Shown here piece after piece: positions 57,270 to 64,000 of a stretch of DNA of 64,000 nucleotides. The first letter of the stretch is position 1, and every line of letters starts with the position of its first letter. The position numbers and the translations under genes were made by a program. Below the pieces are notes generated by a model that saw only the letters and a program-made list of their open reading frames with translations, did no database searches and was not told the origin of the DNA. The DNA is from Candidatus Cloacimonadota bacterium. Its GTDB lineage: Bacteria > Cloacimonadota > Cloacimonadia > Cloacimonadales > Cloacimonadaceae. Location of the stretch: the NCBI GenBank assembly GCA_023421135.1, contig JAEZUG010000026.1, positions 1,155 to 65,154 of the forward strand, written 5' to 3'.

Positions 57270-58058
57270 TTATCTGTCTGAGAGTGCTTTTATCCTGTGA
57301 ACACAGGCATAAGCGTTGTGGTTGTGGATGGATTCAAAGTTATCAGATTCCACTTCAAACTCGATGATACGTTCATCACTTTCAAGCTTCAGAGTGATCT
57401 CCCTCACGATGTCTTCAACAAACTTGGGATTGTTGTAGGCCTTTTCTGTGACATACTTCTCATCCACTCTCTTCAGCAGAGGATAAATCTCACAACTAGC
57501 TGCAGACTCGGCCATTTCGATCAGTTCTTCCAGCCAGACAAAACCCTGATAGCGGATTCTGATGCTGATCTCAGAGCGTTGGTTGTGAGCGCCGGCTTCG
57601 CTGATCTCTTTGGAACAGGGACACAGGGTAGTAACCGGAACTTTTACTCCTATCCATAAATCATAGGCTTCCTTGTATCCGGCTGTGAAGTAGCAGGGGT
57701 AAGAAAGCCAGGACTTGATTTTTGAGACCGGAGCAGCTTTTTGCATGAAGTAGGGAAACGCTAGCTCAATATAAGCCGCATCGGCTTTGAGAGTCTTCCT
57801 GAGGTCTTTCAGGAAGCTTTCCAACTGCTCAATCAGTTTCTCTTGATGATAGCGGTTCAAGATCTCGATAAACCGGGACATATGTGTGCCCCGCATGTCA
57901 TGGGGAAGCTCTACAAAGATATTGAGATCAGCCACTGTGTGCTGAACTCCCCGGGACCGGTCTTCTACTACTATGGGGTATTGGATACCTTTCACACCAA
58001 CTTTGTCGATGCTAATTTTGCGTGTGTCAGCGCCGGACTGGATATCTGGAATTGTCAT
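57270..58058 (-). CDS. folE2: GTP cyclohydrolase FolE2/MptA
   Basis: PDIQSGADTRKISIDKVGVKGIQYPIVV, GTHMSRF, TLCPCSKEIS. Confidence 0.85.
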   Translation of the reverse strand: MTIPDIQSGADTRKISIDKVGVKGIQYPIVVEDRSRGVQHTVADLNIFVELPHDMRGTHMSRFIEILNRYHQEKLIEQLESFLKDLRKTLKADAAYIELAFPYFMQKAAPVSKIKSWLSYPCYFTAGYKEAYDLWIGVKVPVTTLCPCSKEISEAGAHNQRSEISIRIRYQGFVWLEELIEMAESAASCEIYPLLKRVDEKYVTEKAYNNPKFVEDIVREITLKLESDERIIEFEVESDNFESIHNHNAYACVHRIKALSDR

Positions 58059-59080
58059 AATCTCTCTGAGAATCCTAATTCCTGCATACCTTTGGTCTTA
58101 ATGGAGCTAATACTGCCATCCTGTGTGCAGTAGATCACAGCATTGGCATTGGGCATAGTTTTGACAAGTTCAATAGCTTTGAGAGGATCCATGGTAAACA
58201 GAGCTGTGGAAAGCCCATCTGCCCAAGCAGCACTGGGATGGATTACTGTGACGGAATAGACTGCCGGAACGGGAGTCCCTGTCTTGGCGTTGAGGATGTG
58301 ATGATAACGCTTTCCCTGGTACTCAAAGTATTGCTGATAGTCTCCTGAAGTGCCCAGAGAAGAATTGGAAAGTTTGAAAGAAGCAATCTCCCGATTAGGG
58401 TTTCTGGGGTCCTGGATCAGGATCACCTGTGGTGTATCGCTGCCAAAGAGAGTCATACTGCTGCGGCAAGAGATGTATCCCTTATCCAGATTGAGGCCCT
58501 GCATGTACTCTCTGGCTTTATCAAGTATGTATCCTTTAGCAATTGAACCCAGAGATATCTGCATTCCGGCCGGTTTATAGATTCTCTTTCTATCGTATCG
58601 AAGTTTAGGGAACGATACCAATGTAAGCTTCTCCTTGATCAGCAAAGAATCCGGAGGTGCCTGTGTAAGGCTATCACTGATCTCCGGGGTTTTGGATCCA
58701 AAGCCCCAAAGATCGAAGACCGGCTTGATAGTGATATCAAATGACCCGTCTGAGATTGCATAAAGGCTATCCGAGATGGTTAGTAGCTCGTAAACATCTT
58801 CATCCATGGGAAAATACCCCGATTCCAGAGCATTGAATTTGCTTACCCAACTTCCAGAATCATATTCATCGAGTTTAGATTCCATTCTTTCGATGAAGAC
58901 GAAAACCGAATCCACCTCTTTGCTGACTGTCTTGCTTTTGGAACTGGCAGATATATCAACGATAGTATCGAGCAGAAAGCGTGTCTTGGTGGCTGTGAAT
59001 GTGCGATTGAAGTATTTGTAGGCCGCAAAACCAATTACCAGAACCAGAATGATAAGTGAAAAGACTTCTCTCTTAGTCAT
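58055..59080 (-). CDS. apbE: FAD:protein FMN transferase (ApbE family)
   Basis: GSFDITIKPVFDLWGF, LGSIAKGYILDKA, GTSGDYQQYF..GKRYHHILN..TG.P, AWADGLSTALF. Confidence 0.85.
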   Translation of the reverse strand: MTKREVFSLIILVLVIGFAAYKYFNRTFTATKTRFLLDTIVDISASSKSKTVSKEVDSVFVFIERMESKLDEYDSGSWVSKFNALESGYFPMDEDVYELLTISDSLYAISDGSFDITIKPVFDLWGFGSKTPEISDSLTQAPPDSLLIKEKLTLVSFPKLRYDRKRIYKPAGMQISLGSIAKGYILDKAREYMQGLNLDKGYISCRSSMTLFGSDTPQVILIQDPRNPNREIASFKLSNSSLGTSGDYQQYFEYQGKRYHHILNAKTGTPVPAVYSVTVIHPSAAWADGLSTALFTMDPLKAIELVKTMPNANAVIYCTQDGSISSIKTKGMQELGFSERL

Positions 59081-59084
59081 GTGC

Positions 59085-59876
59085 TTACCTTCTATAATCC
59101 AGGAGTTCGTATTCGATCAACTTACTTGTGTAATCGCGGACACAGAACCAAGTAAATGGAATGGTAACCAGCAATCCCAGCAGCAGGAAAGCAAATGCTA
59201 AAGTATTCAGAACCACCAGGATCAAAGCCATGAGATACAGGTTCCATCTGAGATCGTGAAAGTGCTTGTAACTCAGAGCAATTGCCCTGAGGGCTCCAAT
59301 ATCCAGCTTCATCATCAAAACAGGCACAGGTAGCACTATTGCCGCCCAGTAGTTTACTAGAACGATCCACACTAATCGTAAGATTGGATCACTGGCAAAA
59401 AGAGGAAGCCCATAGCAAACGACGTAGATCAAAGCATAGAATAGTGCTGAGATAAAGCTAAGCAGCAAGAAAGAGGGATAATACCTAAAGCTCGAGAGCA
59501 GTTGTTTCACACTGAGTTCATACTCATTACTGTTAGAAATGGAGGCAAATGCCAGAACTGTGATTGGGATCACCAGGCTAAAGGCCACTACCCTAAGAAT
59601 GATGTTTAGAAAGTAATCCACCGTAGAGGATTGCCCTACACTGAAGCTGATCTGGAGAAACATCAGGATCAACAGAGCTATTGGGATGATTCCCATTAAT
59701 GCGATCATCGCTCCTGCAGGTGCCAGAGGACCTTTCTTATCTTTTATCTTATCCCAAGTGCCTTTCATGCTACCAAGAGCCGATAGTTCTAGCTTGGGAA
59801 CTTGGGTCTGTCTTCCGCAACTGACGCACCATATATCATGTTCTGCAAGTTTGTTGTTGCAATGCTTACAACGCAT
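59085..59876 (-). CDS. zinc-ribbon-containing polytopic membrane protein (function unknown)
   Basis: N-terminal CKHC-x12-CVSC zinc ribbon followed by about 5-6 hydrophobic segments. Confidence 0.5.
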   Translation of the reverse strand: MRCKHCNNKLAEHDIWCVSCGRQTQVPKLELSALGSMKGTWDKIKDKKGPLAPAGAMIALMGIIPIALLILMFLQISFSVGQSSTVDYFLNIILRVVAFSLVIPITVLAFASISNSNEYELSVKQLLSSFRYYPSFLLLSFISALFYALIYVVCYGLPLFASDPILRLVWIVLVNYWAAIVLPVPVLMMKLDIGALRAIALSYKHFHDLRWNLYLMALILVVLNTLAFAFLLLGLLVTIPFTWFCVRDYTSKLIEYELLDYRR

Positions 59877-59889
59877 TTCTACTCCTTAA

Positions 59890-62136
59890 TCAACACTTAG
59901 ACCAGCCGCAATTGGGGCATTTCAAGCAACCCTCAACGTGCTCTATAGTCGAAGAACAATCCGGACAAAGGGCTGCAGTAGTCCTTTGAACAGTTGTTTC
60001 CACCTTCTTATCATCCACAAAGGCCAGAGATTGAATGTCTCCATTGGCATGAATAGCCAGAAACTGCTCCAATGCCTGTCCCACAGCATCTCCACAAGAT
60101 GTGATCATCTTGCCCTTGTGCCACATGGGAGACTGACATCTGATGCCTTTGAGTTGTCGTATGATAGCCTCCACCTTGATATTGGATCTTAGGGCAAGTG
60201 ATGACAGCCTGGCGATTGCCTCAAGCTGTGCAGAGGCACATCCCCCCACTTTACCCATCTGAACAAAGACCTCGCAGGCACCCTGTTCATCGGTGTTTAC
60301 TGTCACATACATATGACCACACCCAGTCTCAAGTCTTTGTGTGATACCATGGGTAAATTCTGGTCTGTGCCGGGGAGCGACTTTATTATCGGTTCCTACT
60401 GGTGCTTTCTGAGTTCCCGTGCTGAGCACTTGGTTCTCTCTGCTGCCGTCCCGATAAACAGTTACACCCTTACACTTGAGGGTATAGGCCAGTTCATAGG
60501 CACTGCGAATATCTTCGATTGTGGCACTTGTGGGGAAGTTTATAGTCTTACTAACAGCATTGTCTGTATATGCCTGGAATGCAGCTTGCATTCTGACATG
60601 CCATTCCGGGCTGATATCATGAGCTGTTTGGAATACACTTTTCAATTGATCTGGAAGCTCATCTATATGGGCAACGCTTCCTGTTTCTGCTATCTGTCCC
60701 AATAGATCCGGATTGAAGAGATTCAATTGCTCCAGCTTGGCTTCCAGATGCTTGTTTACATAGTGGAGCTTCTCACCATCCATAACGTTCTTCACATACA
60801 CCAGAGAGAATTGAGGCTCAATGCCACTCGATGTATCTGCTATCATACTAATGGTACCTGTGGGGGCAATGGTGGTCAGAGTAGCATTTCTGATGCCCTT
60901 TTCTTTGATCTGGGAGATCAGGCTGTTCCAATCCTGAGCAATCGCATCCCGCTCCAGTTTGCCGGATTGATAGGTGCTTCCCGGGAAGCTGGGAAAAGGA
61001 GACTTCGCTTGGGCGAGTTCCATGGAGCGTTGTTTGGCCTCAAAATCAATGAATTCCATAAGGCGACCTGCCAGGTTCACGGCTTCATCACTGGCATAGG
61101 GTATCTCAAGCTGGTAGAGTAAATCTGCCCAACCCATGATTCCCAAACCTATCTTCCGGTTGGTTTTTACCATCTCATCAATTTGAGGGAGGGGATAAAG
61201 GGATTTGTCTATTACGTCATCAAGGAAATCCACGCTTTCTCTCACCACAGATCTCAGCAGTTCCCAATCGGGGGCGTTATCTTTGATCATTACTGAAAGA
61301 TTAATCGAGCCCAGGTTACAGGCCTCATTGGGCAAAAGTGGCTGCTCACCGCAGGGATTGGTGGATTCGATCTTCCCAAGCTGAGGAGTGGGATTGGCGT
61401 TGTTTATCCTATCCAGAAAGATGATGCCAGGCTCTCCATTTCTGTGAGCCATTTCTACTATCAGGCTAAAAACATCAGAAGCCTTCTGGCGCCCGACAAG
61501 TTTCTTTGTTGCTGGTGAGATCAGATCGTATTCTTCATTGGCGTAAACAGCACGCATGAATTCTTCGGTTATGCCGATACTGATGTTAAAATTGGTTAGT
61601 TCGCTGGTGTCTTCCTTACAAGTGATAAACTCCATTATCTGAGGGTGGTCCACATTCAGGATAGCCATATTGGCACCTCTGCGGGTTCCTCCTTGTTTCA
61701 CAGCGTCTGTGGCGGAGTTAAACACCTTCAGGAAAGAAAGAGGGCCGCTGGATACTCCGTTTGTAGATCTAACTCTGGCATTGGCTTCACGAAGCCTACT
61801 GAAAGAAAAGCCGGTGCCGCCTCCGCTTTTATGGATCAGAGCAGCGTTTTTAACCGATTCGAAGATACTATCCATACTGTCTTCAATGGGCAGTACAAAG
61901 CAGGCGGAAAGCTGTTGAAGATCGTTTCCGGCATTCATGAGAGTGGGGGAGTTGGGCAAGAAATAGCCTGAATCGAGGAGCTTTAGGTAGCGCTCTCTCT
62001 TGGCTGCATCATCTCCTGCGATGTTCTCGGCTACGCGCGTGATCATTTCGTTCCAGTCTTCAATCAACTCGCCGTTATCATTCTTCCTAAAATAGCGTCG
62101 TTCCAGAACCTTGAGAGCATTATCTGTTAACTGCAT
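59890..62136 (-). CDS. nrdJ: adenosylcobalamin-dependent (class II) ribonucleotide reductase
   Basis: LPNSPTLMNAG, CFVLP, NPCGEQPL, TIAPTGTIS, KTINFP. C-terminal Cys4 zinc ribbon CPDC...CPNC. Confidence 0.93.
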   Translation of the reverse strand: MQLTDNALKVLERRYFRKNDNGELIEDWNEMITRVAENIAGDDAAKRERYLKLLDSGYFLPNSPTLMNAGNDLQQLSACFVLPIEDSMDSIFESVKNAALIHKSGGGTGFSFSRLREANARVRSTNGVSSGPLSFLKVFNSATDAVKQGGTRRGANMAILNVDHPQIMEFITCKEDTSELTNFNISIGITEEFMRAVYANEEYDLISPATKKLVGRQKASDVFSLIVEMAHRNGEPGIIFLDRINNANPTPQLGKIESTNPCGEQPLLPNEACNLGSINLSVMIKDNAPDWELLRSVVRESVDFLDDVIDKSLYPLPQIDEMVKTNRKIGLGIMGWADLLYQLEIPYASDEAVNLAGRLMEFIDFEAKQRSMELAQAKSPFPSFPGSTYQSGKLERDAIAQDWNSLISQIKEKGIRNATLTTIAPTGTISMIADTSSGIEPQFSLVYVKNVMDGEKLHYVNKHLEAKLEQLNLFNPDLLGQIAETGSVAHIDELPDQLKSVFQTAHDISPEWHVRMQAAFQAYTDNAVSKTINFPTSATIEDIRSAYELAYTLKCKGVTVYRDGSRENQVLSTGTQKAPVGTDNKVAPRHRPEFTHGITQRLETGCGHMYVTVNTDEQGACEVFVQMGKVGGCASAQLEAIARLSSLALRSNIKVEAIIRQLKGIRCQSPMWHKGKMITSCGDAVGQALEQFLAIHANGDIQSLAFVDDKKVETTVQRTTAALCPDCSSTIEHVEGCLKCPNCGWSKC

Positions 62137-62145
62137 CGCATCACC

Positions 62146-63000
<855 letters not shown>

Positions 63001-63005
63001 TTATT

Positions 63006-63809
63006 TTAGTCTGTAAACCAGCTCTCAAAAAGCCGAACACGCTTTGGCGTGATGCTGATCTTGGGCATGATACGCCCTGCTATTGAGGCAAATTTCTCTT
63101 CGTTATCGCTCACAAAGAAAGTATCTGTTCCGGGCTGACCATCAGATTCACCAGCTATCATTCTCTGTAAATAAAGAGCAATGGATTCGGCACTGTCAAC
63201 CAACCGGACCTCTGAGCCCAAAACAGCCTGAATTATCTCCCGAAGCAAGGGGTAGTGTGTACAACCCAATACTAATGTATCTATATCATAGCTCTTGAAG
63301 ACATCAAGATACTGTCTGGCAATAAGCATTGCCGTTTCAGTGTCTTGCCAGCCTTCCTCAACAATTGGTACGAAGAGGGGACAGGCTTGGGAATAGACCA
63401 CAGCTTCGGGTAAGATTCTGCTAATGGCTAGACGATAAGCTTGGGAACGCACTGTACCTTCTGTGCCAATGATACCAATCCTCTTCTTTATCGTGTTTAA
63501 TACTGCTTGCTCAGCGCCGGGATCTATCACCCCGATAATGGGAATACCAGTGATATCCCGCAGTCTGTCCAAGGCATAGGCGGAGGAAGTGTTGCAAGCT
63601 ACGATTAGTATTTTGATCCCTCTCTGTATAAGGAATCTGGCATTCTGAATGGAATAGTCAATAATAGTATTGGGAGATTTGGGGCCATAAGGCACCCTGG
63701 CGGTATCTCCAAAATAGATCAAATCCTCTTCGGGGAAGTACTCCCTGATCATTTTGTAGACTGTTAATCCACCAACTCCAGAATCGAATATCCCGATAGG
63801 CTTCTTCAT
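63006..63809 (-). CDS. murI: glutamate racemase
   Basis: IGIFDSGVGGLTV, VACNTSS, LGCTHYPLL. Confidence 0.93.
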   Translation of the reverse strand: MKKPIGIFDSGVGGLTVYKMIREYFPEEDLIYFGDTARVPYGPKSPNTIIDYSIQNARFLIQRGIKILIVACNTSSAYALDRLRDITGIPIIGVIDPGAEQAVLNTIKKRIGIIGTEGTVRSQAYRLAISRILPEAVVYSQACPLFVPIVEEGWQDTETAMLIARQYLDVFKSYDIDTLVLGCTHYPLLREIIQAVLGSEVRLVDSAESIALYLQRMIAGESDGQPGTDTFFVSDNEEKFASIAGRIMPKISITPKRVRLFESWFTD

Positions 63810-64000
63810 TTCTTTCCCTTTCTATTCTTATGAGAAGCCAGTTTCCCATGGCCTGCTTTATAGTCAACCCGTTTTCTGGGCTTACCATCTTTTCTTTGAT
63901 CTGGCCTTGATTCACGGCGGATGGAGGCTTTGCTGTCTCTGGCAGGGCTCTGATGAATGTGGTTCTCTTCGAGATTGCTAAACTCAAGATAAACATCGTC
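63806..64000 (-). CDS. 3' end of an unidentified gene with a Lys/Arg-rich C-terminal tail (5' part lies outside the window)
   Basis: My minus-strand translation is an open frame ...DDVYLEFSNLEENHIHQSPARDSKASIRRESRPDQRKDGKPRKRVDYKAGHGKLASHKNRKGKK*. Its stop forms an ATGA overlap with the murI start. It is not in the ORF track because no start codon lies in the window. Confidence 0.4.
   Translation of the reverse strand, partial: DDVYLEFSNLEENHIHQSPARDSKASIRRESRPDQRKDGKPRKRVDYKAGHGKLASHKNRKGKK

Noticed and set aside
63658-63996. 112-aa minus-strand ORF from the track overlapping the murI start.
   Set aside because: It overlaps murI out of frame. A different frame is open to the window edge and ends in an ATGA overlap with murI, which is the more plausible gene.

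Overview
Densely coding 64-kb bacterial chromosomal window with about 55 CDS and one tmRNA. I found no rRNA, tRNA, CRISPR array, transposase or integrase.

Most genes are housekeeping:
- DNA repair and replication: dinG (exonuclease fusion), uvrA, uvrC, mutS, holB.
- Envelope: murB, murJ, murI, rlpA, an LpxL-like acyltransferase, a SPOR/TPR protein.
- RNA: ssrA, rpsO-pnp, rho.
- Metabolism: ahcY, a 4-subunit 2-oxoacid:ferredoxin oxidoreductase, class II RNR, folE2, apbE, psuG.
- A nucleotide-sugar cluster containing a UpxY-like NusG paralog.

A Kce/BKACE protein very like the Cloacimonas enzyme as I recall it, a T9SS-type C-terminal sorting domain and a four-helix-bundle (23S-IVS-type) gene suggest an FCB-group organism, probably Cloacimonadota. 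This is an unverified inference.

Stop/start overlaps and TTG/GTG starts at coupled junctions are frequent. One co-directional minus-strand gene train runs from 63809 to 53054.

Non-routine content:
1. A low-GC cassette at about 1-3100. Two roughly 90% identical copies of a Ser-less mini-S24 (LexA/CI C-terminal domain) gene bracket a ComEC-type MBL hydrolase with an unknown N-terminal domain and orphan small ORFs. This is the best candidate for an undescribed defence or mobile module.
2. A divergently transcribed ~1430-aa sigma-54 activator fused to an N-terminal P-loop/STAND-like NTPase, a TPR array and a GAF domain. It has a CTGT...ACAG palindrome in its promoter and is translationally coupled to dinG.
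3. A ~100-bp dispersed intergenic repeat family (4 copies) built from 11-bp TTAGCGATCC-type tandem units, a hairpin and a conserved tail. The tail always points at the 3' end of a neighbouring gene.
4. An IVS-like, inverted-repeat-flanked four-helix-bundle cassette directly 3' of tmRNA.

All functional calls come from motif recognition by eye. No searches were run.
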